Counted from the stretch's first letter, positions 43,357-54,388 are shown. The stretch is 64,000 bases of DNA from Candidatus Latescibacterota bacterium (GCA_965203175.1 OZ241867.1:1568001-1632000), one strand, 5' to 3'. Notes: generated from the letters alone by a model not told the origin. A program made the numbers and translations.

Positions 43357-45704
43357 GGTGCATTTTTTCTTTTGGCGAAGAAGGCCGTCAAGCGCCCGAC
43401 AAAGGCCTCCTGCTCCTCTGAAGTCATGAACATGGTGTAGCCCCCGATGCTGTTTTCCAACTGCAGATAGCTGACCAAGTATTCATAGACGGCTCCAGCT
43501 TCGGCCTGACGGGCGGAAAGGGCGGCGCGTTGGGCATCCACCAGTTGGGTGATTGCCAGTTGGCCCTTCTGGTACGCGTCCTGCACCAGTTCAAAGTTCT
43601 TTTGCGCGCTTGCAGCGGCCACCTCGGCAAAGTGTATGTTGGTGCGCTTGGATACCAAGTTCGTCATCCGCACCCGGACGGCCTGGGAGAGTTGCTGGCG
43701 CAAACTCTCCTCTTGGAGGTGAAGCTGCTGCTGCTGAATCGCAGTTTGGTCGATGGCGATCTTGCGCTGGTTGCCCTGAAAGAGGGGATAGGCGAAGTGG
43801 AGGGCCAAGTTCCAAGTGCCGTTGACAGGATCGGGGGAGGCCGGCGGCATTCCCTTGCCAGCGCGCCAGAAGGTGTAGTCGGCCTGTCCGCGCAAAGCCA
43901 CTGTAGGCAGGTAGTACAGCCGGCGGTTCATCTGTTGCTGGCGTTCGGCTACTTTCATATTGGCCGCTAGCTGCTTGAGCGAAGGCATGTTTTGCAGGGC
44001 CTCTGCGACGAGAAAGTCGGTCAGAATCTCCACATCGCCGGCCCGGTCGATCAGAGGACCGATGCGGGCTGGGTCAAAGCGGCCAAAAAGTTCGTCGGAG
44101 AGCCGGGCATCCTCCACCTCGAACTCCTCGCCAATATCCGTCCGATTGAGCAAGCGGTTGAGTTGCACTTTGGCTAAGTAGAGGTTGTTGAAAGCCTCAA
44201 TCGAGGCTTGGGTGGCCCGAGCCACTTCGCTCTCCCAGCGGAATACGTCGGCCACGCCGGCATAGCCGACGGCATTGCGGGTACGGGCGATCTTCAGGTT
44301 GCGGCGCGAGACCTCGAGATTCTCATCTTGAATGCGCACCCCGGTCTTGGCCAGCAGGATATTGAAATAGGCCGTCGCCAAGTTCAGCACCACGTCGAGC
44401 GCAACCAGATCGGCGCGATGGCGGGTGGCCTCGGCTAGGTACTGCTGGATTTTGACGTTGGCAAAGACCTGCTCGGAAAACAGTACCTGTTGCACGGTAC
44501 CCGTACCCGCGCCGGTGCGCTCGGGCTGTTGACCAAAAGCGCGCTCGGCGACATCTGGGTCCACTTGCAACAGGGTGGTCGAGGTTTCTACAGTGGGCAG
44601 GAGAGACGATTTAGCTCGGCGCATATCTTGGCCGGCCAAATCGACGTTGCGCTTTTCAATGCGCAGGTCGAGGTTGCTCTGCAAGCCTTCGGCGATAACC
44701 TCCTGCAAGCTCAAGCGTCGATCGCTAATGGGTTCGTCGGCCTTGAGGAAGCGGGCGGAAAACAGCGCTTCAAACGAGAGGTCGAAATCGATTCGGCGGA
44801 TTGTTGCGGCATTCAGCACCCATTGCTCGTCGAGATTGTGCCGCACGGGCATTGCCGCCAGTTCCTCGCCCAGCGCGACTCCCTCGACGATCAGGGCCAG
44901 CTTGCGGAAAATCTGGTCTCGGCCGCTCTCGTCGCCGATACAGGCCATTATTCCCGCATCCACATAAGACCGGCTCATGGCAAAGGAAGGCAGCTTGCGC
45001 TCGGCGAGGGACTCAGCCAGTAGGCCGACCTCCTCGGGTGAGCGCTCGAAAACCACCGCCAGATAGACCGCGTCAACCGCTTCGCTCAGCGCTGGGAGCG
45101 GCGCTTCCTTTCCCCAAAAAACCAACTCCACCTGGGCCCCGTAAGGCGCTGCAAGGCGTTCGAAGAAACCCGCGAAATCCAGCTTGCCTTTCAGGTTTTC
45201 ACTAATGATGACAGCTAGGTGAGCAAAGGGATGGATCCGGTGGAACGCCGCTAAGTCCTTTTGGATCGAGTGGGTACTGAGGACGTAGGTAAAATTGCGC
45301 ACTCCAGAGACGCCAGGCTCGACGAGGGGCATTTGCTGTAATTCCACGTCCAGTATCCCCACGGCGATCGTCGGTTTGGGTAAGGCACCTTGGCCAGCTA
45401 GCATCGCGGCACTGGCCGGCCCGGCGGCAATGATCAGATCGACCGCGGGGTCGTTGGCTAGGGACAGATAGTCTGCGTGCTCAGCGGAGAAACGCATGTG
45501 CTCGGGGAGGAAATGGACCGACGTATCGACCCCTAGCACCTTGTGGATTTCCTCCTGCAGGAGCGCCAACTCACTCCCTGCATCGGTTGCCTCGGGCCCA
45601 AAATCGAGCAATAGACCGATATAGAGGTCGCTCTTTTCAATTTGGGCATGCGTCGGTAGTACTAAGCCCATGACCAAAACGGCGGATATAGCTATTCCCA
45701 GCAT
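43353..45704 (-). CDS. TolC-family outer membrane protein with N-terminal substrate-binding-like domain
   Basis: C-terminal OEP repeats (LSLQEVI, LLPTV, YYLPTV, YQKGQ); about 300-aa N-terminal alpha/beta domain; ATG at 45704 with GGAG RBS. Confidence 0.85.
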   Translation of the reverse strand: MLGIAISAVLVMGLVLPTHAQIEKSDLYIGLLLDFGPEATDAGSELALLQEEIHKVLGVDTSVHFLPEHMRFSAEHADYLSLANDPAVDLIIAAGPASAAMLAGQGALPKPTIAVGILDVELQQMPLVEPGVSGVRNFTYVLSTHSIQKDLAAFHRIHPFAHLAVIISENLKGKLDFAGFFERLAAPYGAQVELVFWGKEAPLPALSEAVDAVYLAVVFERSPEEVGLLAESLAERKLPSFAMSRSYVDAGIMACIGDESGRDQIFRKLALIVEGVALGEELAAMPVRHNLDEQWVLNAATIRRIDFDLSFEALFSARFLKADEPISDRRLSLQEVIAEGLQSNLDLRIEKRNVDLAGQDMRRAKSSLLPTVETSTTLLQVDPDVAERAFGQQPERTGAGTGTVQQVLFSEQVFANVKIQQYLAEATRHRADLVALDVVLNLATAYFNILLAKTGVRIQDENLEVSRRNLKIARTRNAVGYAGVADVFRWESEVARATQASIEAFNNLYLAKVQLNRLLNRTDIGEEFEVEDARLSDELFGRFDPARIGPLIDRAGDVEILTDFLVAEALQNMPSLKQLAANMKVAERQQQMNRRLYYLPTVALRGQADYTFWRAGKGMPPASPDPVNGTWNLALHFAYPLFQGNQRKIAIDQTAIQQQQLHLQEESLRQQLSQAVRVRMTNLVSKRTNIHFAEVAAASAQKNFELVQDAYQKGQLAITQLVDAQRAALSARQAEAGAVYEYLVSYLQLENSIGGYTMFMTSEEQEAFVGRLTAFFAKRKNAP

Positions 45705-45764
45705 CGAGTGGTCCACTCCAATGGGTTCGAGCAAAGTGAACTAACTGTCAAAGGACGTAAAATT

Positions 45765-47378
45765 CTACCGGCGGTACTGCAAATAGATTTCCACCTGCTC
45801 AACCCTCAAGGGTACCCGCAACCGCTCGTCCCGCTCTAGCAGACGCAGCCGGACTTGGTGGATGCCGCGTCCCACCTGTGCTGCGGTCAAGTTCCAACAA
45901 AGCCAAGCGTTCTCCGACACATCACTCGGATCGGCCGCATCTTCAGCCGCGGCATTGCGCACCATTGGCGCTGTCAACACGACCCCATCCAACATCACTT
46001 CGATCTGATCGGCAGGCGACCAGTGGGCCATTTCGATTTGCAACTCGGCACTTATCAACTCGCCTTCGGTCTCGACCTCGTCGCCGACGCGGACGTGAAA
46101 GACCGGCCCACTGTCCGTCAGCGTGGGATACAGCGTCACCGGAATCTCGCCGTACAGGCGGTCGTCGCGCTCGGCATCCACTCGGTTCCCAGTCTTGGGA
46201 CCAATGCTGCGGTGCAGGGCGGTGTACACTTTGTCTAGGCCAGTCAGTGTTTCTATCGATCCCATGGTAGTGAGCAGCGGTCGATGCGTCTGGGCATGGC
46301 CGTGCCAGTTGAACACGTACACGCCGTCCGCCCCACGCGCTAGCTGGTCCTGGGCCAAGCCGCGGAACCAATCCACCCGCCACACCCCGGGAGGTCGCAA
46401 GCGCCGCGCCTGTTGCCGCCCGTCTGAGTCAAAGCCAGCGTAGAAGCGCACGCCGTGGGGCTGGCACAGCTCGACAAACTGCTCGACCTCGGCCCCTGGA
46501 TCAGTTCCCGAATTGCCGCCGCTGATAACCATATCGCACAAGCCATCCCGCACCCAAGTCTCGACATCGTAGCCAATGCGGCGGCAGGCTTCAAAGGTCG
46601 TGGCCACCCGCACGGCCACGTGAAAGGGCCGTCCCCGTTCCTCGGCAATCTGGTCGGTCTGCGCTCGCACGGCCCGCATGAGATCGGTCAAAACGTAGCG
46701 CAAGCGGTACGCATCGTCGGCGGGCAGGTGAAAGGCGTGCCGCTGCCAGTCCAATTCGACGCCATCCCAATCGGCCAAGCGGCAGGCCTCGACAACGCGC
46801 TGCAAGATATAAGCCCGCACTTCGGGAATGGCCATATTCCACGAAGTCGAAGCCCAGCCCGGTGCCTGCTCCTCGCCCAAGAGCCACTCGGGGTGCTCCT
46901 GCCGCAGCGGCGTCAGCTCGGCCCGTTGCAAGCCTCCCAGATCGCCCGGCCGCAAATCCCAAAAGTGGTTGTCGTTCATGCGCAGCGACGGCAGCACCGC
47001 CATACCCAGTTCGCGCCCGCGCTGCACCAGTGCTCCGTACAGATCGTCCCCCCGCTCGAAAAAGGCGCGAATGTTTTCGGTGTGGCGCATAGTCTGCACT
47101 GAATCGTAGCGTCGCTCGGTCGATGCGCCTACCACATCCAATTGCTGCGACGGCCAAGGCACTTCGTGGACGCCCACGCACCAGCACAAAGCCCCCACCT
47201 GGGTATCGGCTAAGGGCGCGTACACTTTGTCGAGGAACTGATCCAGCGATTGAGGATACTCGCTGTACCCGTGGGGCGCACCGTCCCAGTTGTACACAAT
47301 GCCGTAGTTGGGCGCGGCCGTTCGCTCCGCCATAGCTTCCTCCAGCGCGTTAAGTTGGTCCAGCAGGCTGTGCTGCAT
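45765..47378 (-). CDS. Glycosyl-hydrolase-like (GHL10-type) TIM-barrel protein
   Basis: SLRMNDNH, HPEW, PEVR, DGVELDW.RH, GADGVYVFN. Confidence 0.65.
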   Translation of the reverse strand: MQHSLLDQLNALEEAMAERTAAPNYGIVYNWDGAPHGYSEYPQSLDQFLDKVYAPLADTQVGALCWCVGVHEVPWPSQQLDVVGASTERRYDSVQTMRHTENIRAFFERGDDLYGALVQRGRELGMAVLPSLRMNDNHFWDLRPGDLGGLQRAELTPLRQEHPEWLLGEEQAPGWASTSWNMAIPEVRAYILQRVVEACRLADWDGVELDWQRHAFHLPADDAYRLRYVLTDLMRAVRAQTDQIAEERGRPFHVAVRVATTFEACRRIGYDVETWVRDGLCDMVISGGNSGTDPGAEVEQFVELCQPHGVRFYAGFDSDGRQQARRLRPPGVWRVDWFRGLAQDQLARGADGVYVFNWHGHAQTHRPLLTTMGSIETLTGLDKVYTALHRSIGPKTGNRVDAERDDRLYGEIPVTLYPTLTDSGPVFHVRVGDEVETEGELISAELQIEMAHWSPADQIEVMLDGVVLTAPMVRNAAAEDAADPSDVSENAWLCWNLTAAQVGRGIHQVRLRLLERDERLRVPLRVEQVEIYLQYRR

Positions 47379-47430
47379 AGTTTATCAGGACAATTCACCG
47401 GAAACCTAACGAAGAGAGGACTATCACACC

Positions 47431-48462
47431 ATGAGCTACTACCTCTACGTGCCGATCTCGACGGACAACCAATTGCTCGTCTTTGCCATGGATGCCGATT
47501 CGGGCCAGCTCGAACGCAAGCACCAGATCACTCTGAGCAGAAGTGGCTACACGGTTGCCGCCGACCCCAAGCGCCAGTACCTGTACGTCGGCTTGCGAGA
47601 CGGCGACGACCACGCCATTGGCAGCTACGCCATCGATCCAGCCACCGGGGCTTTGACCCCGATCGGCGAAGTGGCGGTAACAGCCATGCCCTGTTATTTG
47701 TCCCCCGACCACACAGGTCGCTTTCTTTTGGCCGCTTATTACGTCGGCGGCATGGCTACAGTCCACGCCATCGGCGGCGACGGCGCTTTGCAGGCCCCGG
47801 CTGTCGATACCTACGAGACCGAGCGCTTTGCCCACTACATTGCCACCGATCCCTCCAACCGCTATGCCTTTGTGCCCCACGTCGAATCGGCCAATTCGAT
47901 CTACCAATTCCTCTTTGACGCCGATACCGGCAAACTAAGCCCCAACCCAGCCGTCCCCATTCTGGCCTGCGGAACGGGCGAAGGGCCGCGCCATCTAGCG
48001 TTCCACCCCCACCTCGACGTGGTGTACGCCGATAACGAGCAAGGCTCCAGCGTTACCGTGTACCGCTTCGACACCAGCCAAGGCACGCTGCAAGCGGTGC
48101 AGACCGTATCGACCCTGCCCGAAGAAGATTTTCCCGGCCGCGAAGCCAACAGCAACGCTCAGCTCCACATCCACCCCTCCGGCAAGTCGATCTACGCCTC
48201 CAACCGAGGCCACGACAGCATCGCGATGTTCGCCATTGATCCAGCCACCGGCTTAATCCGCTCCCTAGGACAACAGCCCGGCGAGGCCACTCCGCGCCCC
48301 TTTGCCATTGAACCCGAAGGCAAGTTCATGTACGGTGGCGGCGACGGCTCCACGCGGCTGGTCTCCTACCGCATCGACGAGATCGGCCGCCTCGAACCTT
48401 TTGGCGCGCCCTACGAGTTGGGCGGCAGCACCTGCTGGATATATCCACTGCGAGTGGGTTAA
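47431..48462 (+). CDS. 6-phosphogluconolactonase-like beta-propeller (lactonase family)
   Basis: GPRHLAFHP, YASNRGHDSIA, PRPF. Confidence 0.85.
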   Translation: MSYYLYVPISTDNQLLVFAMDADSGQLERKHQITLSRSGYTVAADPKRQYLYVGLRDGDDHAIGSYAIDPATGALTPIGEVAVTAMPCYLSPDHTGRFLLAAYYVGGMATVHAIGGDGALQAPAVDTYETERFAHYIATDPSNRYAFVPHVESANSIYQFLFDADTGKLSPNPAVPILACGTGEGPRHLAFHPHLDVVYADNEQGSSVTVYRFDTSQGTLQAVQTVSTLPEEDFPGREANSNAQLHIHPSGKSIYASNRGHDSIAMFAIDPATGLIRSLGQQPGEATPRPFAIEPEGKFMYGGGDGSTRLVSYRIDEIGRLEPFGAPYELGGSTCWIYPLRVG

Positions 48463-48491
48463 AGGATTCACTCGGAAAGTCAGGTCCAACG

Positions 48492-50462
48492 ATGTCCACC
48501 CAAGCCAAAAACCTGCTGCCCAACGCCAGCTTCGAACTCGACTTTGGCGACCACGTATGCACCAACTGGGGCGATACCCAAAACGAACTGAGCCTGCACG
48601 TGCGGGCCGCCGACCAAGTACCGGAAAAAGACCCCATCAGCGCCGCCATTCCAGATGCCATTGACGGCGAACGGGCTGCCCGCGTGGAGACGGAGGCCAG
48701 CGGAGACGAGGCTGTCGGCCACTTGCTCTCTCCCCTGATAACAGTCGATCCCTGTGCGCCGCACACCATTTCGATCTACGCCCGCAGCGACCAAGAGGGA
48801 GCACAATTGGAAATTGGCCTGTGGACCGGCCTAGTGGACTTTGGCCGCGACGCCGACCGCTTGAGTTTCCCCATGCCTCTTTCCACCGCTTGGCAGCGCT
48901 ACCACTTCACCACATCCACCGACGAGTTGGAAGAGCGCGCCGTGGTCCACTTCAAAGTCACGGCCCCGCAAGCCGAAGCCGTGGTCTGGTTCGACGCGGC
49001 GCAAATGGAACGCGGGCCGCAGGCGACTCCTTTTGAAACCCGATGCGCTATTGAAGCGGCAGTAGCAGGACGGCGCGACAAAGCCCTCATCCACCTCGCC
49101 GACGCGCCATTGGAGCTGTACCTGACGACCTACAACCACACCAGCGAGCCGAGTAATACACCCATCACGCTGGAAATCAGCGAGTTGGTCGGCGGTCGGG
49201 CGATCTTCGCCCACACGCTCACCGATCCGGTTCCGCCGGGCCGCACAGAGGGCAAACTAAGCCTCGACTTCCCCTTCATCGGCGAATTCCGCGCCCGCCT
49301 CCTCGACGGCAGCGGCCAACCCATCGCCCCTGAAGACTATATCTTCGTCAACTACCCGGTCTTTGAAGCCGACTACCAAGGCGTCATCTACGCAAAACAC
49401 AGCGCCATACGCGAAATTCCGGCCGAGCGCAGCGTCCTGCCCTGGACCAACGACCGCAACTGGTACGCCGAGCCCCAAGCCACTCTCATCGTCACCGACG
49501 ACGACGCCATCCACGCCCAAATGAGCGACGGCCACACAGTCATGCGCACCCGCGACGGTGGCCGCACTTGGGACGATTTGCAAGTCACCCAAGTAGTCAA
49601 CACCGTCTTGCGCGACGGCACTTTTTTCGCAGCGGAGAACAAAGACGGCTATCTGCAAATATCCCGCTCCAGCGACAACGGCCAGTCCTGGCGGGATTTG
49701 GGCCGCATCGACCCAACTAGGGAAGTCCAAGTCGGCCCCATCGAACAATTGCGCGACGGTTCCCTCATCATCCCAGTCGGCGTTGGCGGCCGGCAGGCGA
49801 CCGGTCCGCAAATCGTCTATGCCTTCCACTCGCGCGACTTGGGCCAGACCTGGTCTGACGGGGCTCCGATCTGCCCGGGCGGCGAGCCGCAAATCCTCGA
49901 ATTGCAATCGGGTCGCCTACTCGCTTTTTGCCGCAACAACCCCTCGGTGCCGCACAACGACTTGCAACGCCCCTTCCGCAACGAAGGCCCCTGGCGCTTG
50001 TGGCAGCGCTTCCAGGGCACGCGCGGCTTGGCTTCCTATACCAAGCGCATGACGCTGGCCGAATCGGACGATGGCGGCCACACTTGGCACAGCCAGCGAC
50101 CGGCGACTTTGCTGCTCGAAGAAATGCACGGAGCCGGCATTCAATTGCCCGACGGCCGGGTGGTTTTCCTCTACACGCACCGCGGCCCGACTTGGCGCGG
50201 CGGCGAACGCGCCAAAGTGAGCCACGACCAAGGACGCACTTGGCGCGACGAACGCTACTTTATGACCGCGACTCCTTCGTACCCAGGCTATTCGGCAAGC
50301 TGCGTCCTACCCCCTCACTTAGGCGATGGCCAAGAGGGCATGATTTTGTCGCTAGTCGGCGAGCGCTCGGAGCGCAATTGGGGCAGCGAAGGCCCCCCGA
50401 CCGCCGAAGGTTTTCAATACATGCCACAAGTCCAAGCCATCCGCTGGCGGCCCGTGGACTAG
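48492..50462 (+). CDS. Sialidase/BNR (Asp-box) repeat protein with N-terminal carbohydrate-binding-like domain
   Basis: NLLPNASFE; Asp-boxes TRDGGRTW, SSDNGQSW, SRDLGQTW, SDDGGHTW, SHDQGRTW. Confidence 0.75.
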   Translation: MSTQAKNLLPNASFELDFGDHVCTNWGDTQNELSLHVRAADQVPEKDPISAAIPDAIDGERAARVETEASGDEAVGHLLSPLITVDPCAPHTISIYARSDQEGAQLEIGLWTGLVDFGRDADRLSFPMPLSTAWQRYHFTTSTDELEERAVVHFKVTAPQAEAVVWFDAAQMERGPQATPFETRCAIEAAVAGRRDKALIHLADAPLELYLTTYNHTSEPSNTPITLEISELVGGRAIFAHTLTDPVPPGRTEGKLSLDFPFIGEFRARLLDGSGQPIAPEDYIFVNYPVFEADYQGVIYAKHSAIREIPAERSVLPWTNDRNWYAEPQATLIVTDDDAIHAQMSDGHTVMRTRDGGRTWDDLQVTQVVNTVLRDGTFFAAENKDGYLQISRSSDNGQSWRDLGRIDPTREVQVGPIEQLRDGSLIIPVGVGGRQATGPQIVYAFHSRDLGQTWSDGAPICPGGEPQILELQSGRLLAFCRNNPSVPHNDLQRPFRNEGPWRLWQRFQGTRGLASYTKRMTLAESDDGGHTWHSQRPATLLLEEMHGAGIQLPDGRVVFLYTHRGPTWRGGERAKVSHDQGRTWRDERYFMTATPSYPGYSASCVLPPHLGDGQEGMILSLVGERSERNWGSEGPPTAEGFQYMPQVQAIRWRPVD

Positions 50463-50477
50463 GAAACGGATGCCATC

Positions 50478-51188
50478 GTGCTATTCTACGACAACCTCGA
50501 AGAATTCATCTCCCAACAAAGCGCCCAACTGCAAAGCCTGAAACGGGCCAATATCCCCGAAGTCGGCGTCGTCCTCGAGGTCTTGGGACCCAACCGCGAC
50601 CAAGACCGCAAAAGCAATCCGGGCGGCCACTCAGTCACCCAACCAGTAGAGCGCTTGGCCGTCGACTGCCACGGCATTGAAGGCGACCGCCATCGCGGCC
50701 TCACCCGGGCCTCCACTGGCCGCGAAGCTCCGCTCTACAAAAGGAGCCGCGCCATCATCGTCAACCGCCGCCAGCTATTCGCCGTCTCGCCGCACGAGTG
50801 CGCCCTCCTCAGCCAGCGCCTAGGCGTCGAAGTCACGCCGCAATTGCTCGGTGCCAATATCGTCATTGGCCGCGAAGACAGTGCCCCTTTCTGCCTTTCA
50901 AGCACCCCGGTCAACACCTATTTCGTCCTAGCTCCGGCCACCGCAACTCAACCACCGACGCCACCCTTGGCTACCCTGATCCACTACGTCCAGCAAAAGG
51001 GTTGCAGCCTCACTGGAAAGGCCCTAGCCAAAGCCTATGGCGATCCCTCGCTGACTAAGCAGTTCGTCGCCCATGCCGAGCACCATCGTGGCATTCTCTG
51101 CAGCGTCGAATATCCGGTCAAAAGGCCGATCTTTCTCGAACGCGGTCAAAAGGTCTTTTTCCGCTTTCCCATGGGCTGCTGTTATTGA
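50478..51188 (+). CDS. MOSC-domain-like protein
   Basis: GIEGDRH, RQL, LGANIVI, conserved Cys, RGI..SV. Confidence 0.55.
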   Translation: MLFYDNLEEFISQQSAQLQSLKRANIPEVGVVLEVLGPNRDQDRKSNPGGHSVTQPVERLAVDCHGIEGDRHRGLTRASTGREAPLYKRSRAIIVNRRQLFAVSPHECALLSQRLGVEVTPQLLGANIVIGREDSAPFCLSSTPVNTYFVLAPATATQPPTPPLATLIHYVQQKGCSLTGKALAKAYGDPSLTKQFVAHAEHHRGILCSVEYPVKRPIFLERGQKVFFRFPMGCCY

Positions 51189-51988
51189 CCCGAGCCAGTC
51201 TCGCGTTCGACCCGGGCGATAAAATCGCGACACGCCCGAGCCACGGCTTGGGGGCATTCAAGCTGCAAATTGTGCGATACGTCGGCCATCCACTGGACCT
51301 GGATATTGGCCCGCGCCGGGATGCGCAATTGGGCCAGACTGGGCCTGTTCCGGCCCCGATCGCCGTACAATTCCAAGATGGGCAACTCGGTGCGGCAGAG
51401 AAAATCGTACCCGTCCCACTTTTTCCAGTACGTGCGAAATTCCGCTATTTGCGCGTCTGTCCAGCGCCTCAGTACCCGGTGGCGCAGGGCCTCATTGCGC
51501 GCTTGTTGCCGCGGCGAGAGCGTACTGGAGACATCGCCGCCAAAAGCATCGCTCAAGACGTGGTGACTGGTCCAGCCCTCCATAGAAATGATGCCCCGAA
51601 CCTTTTGCGGCTGCACTCGGCCCACCTCTAGGGCGATCATACCGCCAATGCTGTGGCCACCCACATAGCAGCAATCGAGCCCCAACTCATCAATGACGCG
51701 CAGCGCGTCTTGGGCGAATTGCTCAATTGAACCCCCGCGCGGGGGTGGCCAACCGCCGCCGTGGCCACGCACTTCTACGACTGCCAACTGCATGCTCGCA
51801 TCGAGTCCATCAATAATGTCCCCTAAGGCATAGGCGTCATTGAAGCTGCCCGGTATTAGCACCAGAGTCGGGGCGGCACCCGGGCGCACCCAGTAGGAAA
51901 AATGCCCCACGTCCAAGTCTATCCGGCGACCCGCAAAGCCTCGGCCCAAGTCGCGCTTGGCAGCCCCTTCGCCTTTGTCGATCTTCAC
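51182..51988 (-). CDS. Alpha/beta hydrolase
   Basis: RGHG, GHSIGG nucleophile elbow, C-terminal SH. Confidence 0.85.
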   Translation of the reverse strand: MKIDKGEGAAKRDLGRGFAGRRIDLDVGHFSYWVRPGAAPTLVLIPGSFNDAYALGDIIDGLDASMQLAVVEVRGHGGGWPPPRGGSIEQFAQDALRVIDELGLDCCYVGGHSIGGMIALEVGRVQPQKVRGIISMEGWTSHHVLSDAFGGDVSSTLSPRQQARNEALRHRVLRRWTDAQIAEFRTYWKKWDGYDFLCRTELPILELYGDRGRNRPSLAQLRIPARANIQVQWMADVSHNLQLECPQAVARACRDFIARVERETGSGQ

Positions 51989-52067
51989 AAGTCCGTTCCT
52001 TTACTTGGGCATGGATACTACGGGTGAAATTCACTTAAAACAACACTTAGAAGCTGTCTGAAAAACC

Positions 52068-53498
52068 ATGGAACGCGAAACCGTCCTCGACATCGGCACC
52101 ACTAAGCAACTGTTCATCGACGACCAGATCATCGCCCAGACGCACGGAGTCGTCCGCACCTTGAACCAGCCGGCTAAATACGTCGGCAATCCTCTCTTCT
52201 ATCCCCTTTACCGTTGGGAGGGTCGAGTCGAACTCTACGGCACCGTCCTGCGCGACTCGGCCAGCGGCCACTTCCGCATGTGGTACACGGGGTTGGGCGA
52301 CATGGGCGTAGCCCAGATGGGCGCTGAGAATACCTCCAAGTGGGCCGCGATGGGTTTCGACCCGCAAAACCTGCTCTATAGCACCTGCTTTGCCACTTCC
52401 GAAGACGGCATCTTTTGGGAACGGCCCAACCTCGGCTTGGTCGCGTACGAAGGAAGCAAAGACACCAATATTGTGCTCATCAACGCGGCTGGCGGGAATG
52501 TCATTTGCGACCTGTACGATCCCGATCCAAACAAGCGCTACAAGTCGCTGTTTTACGAATCGCGCGATGCCGACGGCACTTCCAACGAAGGCGATGGCGT
52601 CTCCGTGGCCTTTTCGCCCGATGGTTTGCACTGGACCAAGTATTCGGGCAATCCGGTCATTACCCGGGCCAGCGACTCGCATACGCTATTGGGCTGGGAC
52701 GAGTTACACGGCCAGTACGTGGCGTACTGCCGCCCCTCACTCCACGAGGGCAATGAGATCCGCCGCATCGGCCGCTCGGTCAGCGACGATTTCATCCACT
52801 GGACCGATCCCAAGGAGATTCTCGAACCCGATGGGCAAGACCCCGAGGGTCTGCAATTCTACAACATGCAGGTCTTCAAATACGAGGATCTGTACATCGG
52901 CCAACTGATGGCCTACCACACCCCGCCCGAAGAACCCCACATCCACTTTTTTGGCCCTATTGACATACAATTGGCCGTCAGTCGCAACGGCATTTCTTGG
53001 GAGCGGGCGGGGGATCGCCAAGCCTTTATTCCCAACGGCCCGCCCAATAGCATCGACGCTGGCGAAGTGTACGTGGCCCGTGCGCCAGTGGTCGTGGGCG
53101 ACGAGTTGTGGTTCTACTACTCGCCCTGTCCCGTCGAACACGGTCCCACTGGCCGCAGCGGTCCCATCTGTCTAGCCAAACTGCGCGTCGATGGCTTTGT
53201 CTCGGTCAACGCGGGCGCGGAAATGGGTACTCTCATCACCAAGCCCTTTACCTGCCGGGGGGATTCGCTGCGCATCAATACTTCGGCCAAAGGCGGCTTA
53301 GTGGCGGTGGCTGTGCTCGACGAGGAGGGAGTCCAGTGCGAAGGCTTTGGCCGGATAGATTGCGCGCTCTTCGACGGCGATTCGGTCGATCATCAGATGA
53401 CTTGGCGACGGAGTGCGTATGGCGACCTAAAGGGCCGCGTGATTCGCCTCAAGTTCTACCTGCGCGATGCGCGCTTATACGGCTTTGTGCAGCAGTGA
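52068..53498 (+). CDS. Five-bladed beta-propeller glycosidase-like protein (GH32/43/130 clan-like)
   Basis: QLFIDD, SEDGIFWERP, SPDGLHW, SDDFIHW, LRVDGFVS. Confidence 0.65.
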   Translation: MERETVLDIGTTKQLFIDDQIIAQTHGVVRTLNQPAKYVGNPLFYPLYRWEGRVELYGTVLRDSASGHFRMWYTGLGDMGVAQMGAENTSKWAAMGFDPQNLLYSTCFATSEDGIFWERPNLGLVAYEGSKDTNIVLINAAGGNVICDLYDPDPNKRYKSLFYESRDADGTSNEGDGVSVAFSPDGLHWTKYSGNPVITRASDSHTLLGWDELHGQYVAYCRPSLHEGNEIRRIGRSVSDDFIHWTDPKEILEPDGQDPEGLQFYNMQVFKYEDLYIGQLMAYHTPPEEPHIHFFGPIDIQLAVSRNGISWERAGDRQAFIPNGPPNSIDAGEVYVARAPVVVGDELWFYYSPCPVEHGPTGRSGPICLAKLRVDGFVSVNAGAEMGTLITKPFTCRGDSLRINTSAKGGLVAVAVLDEEGVQCEGFGRIDCALFDGDSVDHQMTWRRSAYGDLKGRVIRLKFYLRDARLYGFVQQ

Positions 53499-53531
53499 TC
53501 GGTGGATATCGCAATAGAAAGCAACCGCTCT

Positions 53532-54302
53532 ATGAACACCGAAGAATTCACCGTCATCGCCGGCGACCAACAGCTCCACTGCACCCTAGCCGTGCCCGAA
53601 GCCTCCTTGGCGGGCGACCACTCGGGTCTGCTGCTCAATATTAGCGCCACGGCGCAACTCGCCCTGTACGACGAGACTCAAAACCACCCAACGCATCCCT
53701 TTTTGCGGGCTGGCCACTACGTCCTCAGCTTTGATCTGCCCAACCACGGCGAGCGCATCGACGCCCACGGCGAGAGCTTATTGGGCATGGGCCGGGCCAT
53801 CATGGCCGGCGACGATCCCTTTGCGCAATTCGTCCTCGACGGCCGAGCTGCCCTCGACGCCTGCCTAGATCGCGTTGGGCCCAAGGGCAAAATCGCGGGT
53901 TACGGAGTCTCGCGCGCCGGCTACTGCCTGCTGCGCCTAGCCGCGGCCGATCCGCGAGTAGGTGCAGTGGCTGGCCTCTCCCCGGTCACTGATTGGGGCA
54001 TCCCCGAGGAATTCACCCAGACTTGCCCTCGCACCCATACGTCGCCCCTGCTCATCGATCACTGGGTCGCCCAACTGGCGGATCGGGCCATCTACTTGAG
54101 CGTGGGCAGCCAAGACGACGTGGTCGGCACCGAAGCGTGCGTCCGCTTTGCCATTAAGCTCTTTGTCGAGCAGCGCCGGATCTTGCCCCAAGACACCTTG
54201 CTGAGCCAATTGCACGTAGTGGATTCTATAGGTCATTCGCCGTCGCTGGCCTCGCGGCTACAGGCGACCCATTTCCTGTTGGATTTCTGTAACCGGGTGT
54301 GA
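53532..54302 (+). CDS. Alpha/beta-hydrolase-fold protein
   Basis: FDLPNHG, GVSRAG, DDVVG, GH. Confidence 0.7.
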   Translation: MNTEEFTVIAGDQQLHCTLAVPEASLAGDHSGLLLNISATAQLALYDETQNHPTHPFLRAGHYVLSFDLPNHGERIDAHGESLLGMGRAIMAGDDPFAQFVLDGRAALDACLDRVGPKGKIAGYGVSRAGYCLLRLAAADPRVGAVAGLSPVTDWGIPEEFTQTCPRTHTSPLLIDHWVAQLADRAIYLSVGSQDDVVGTEACVRFAIKLFVEQRRILPQDTLLSQLHVVDSIGHSPSLASRLQATHFLLDFCNRV

Positions 54303-54388
54303 GCCGTGCTTGATTGCAGCGGTTGATTGGGGTATCTTGAGCACCGATTTGTCGGCTGATCTCCTCAACCTCCACTCTGGGGGCCGCG

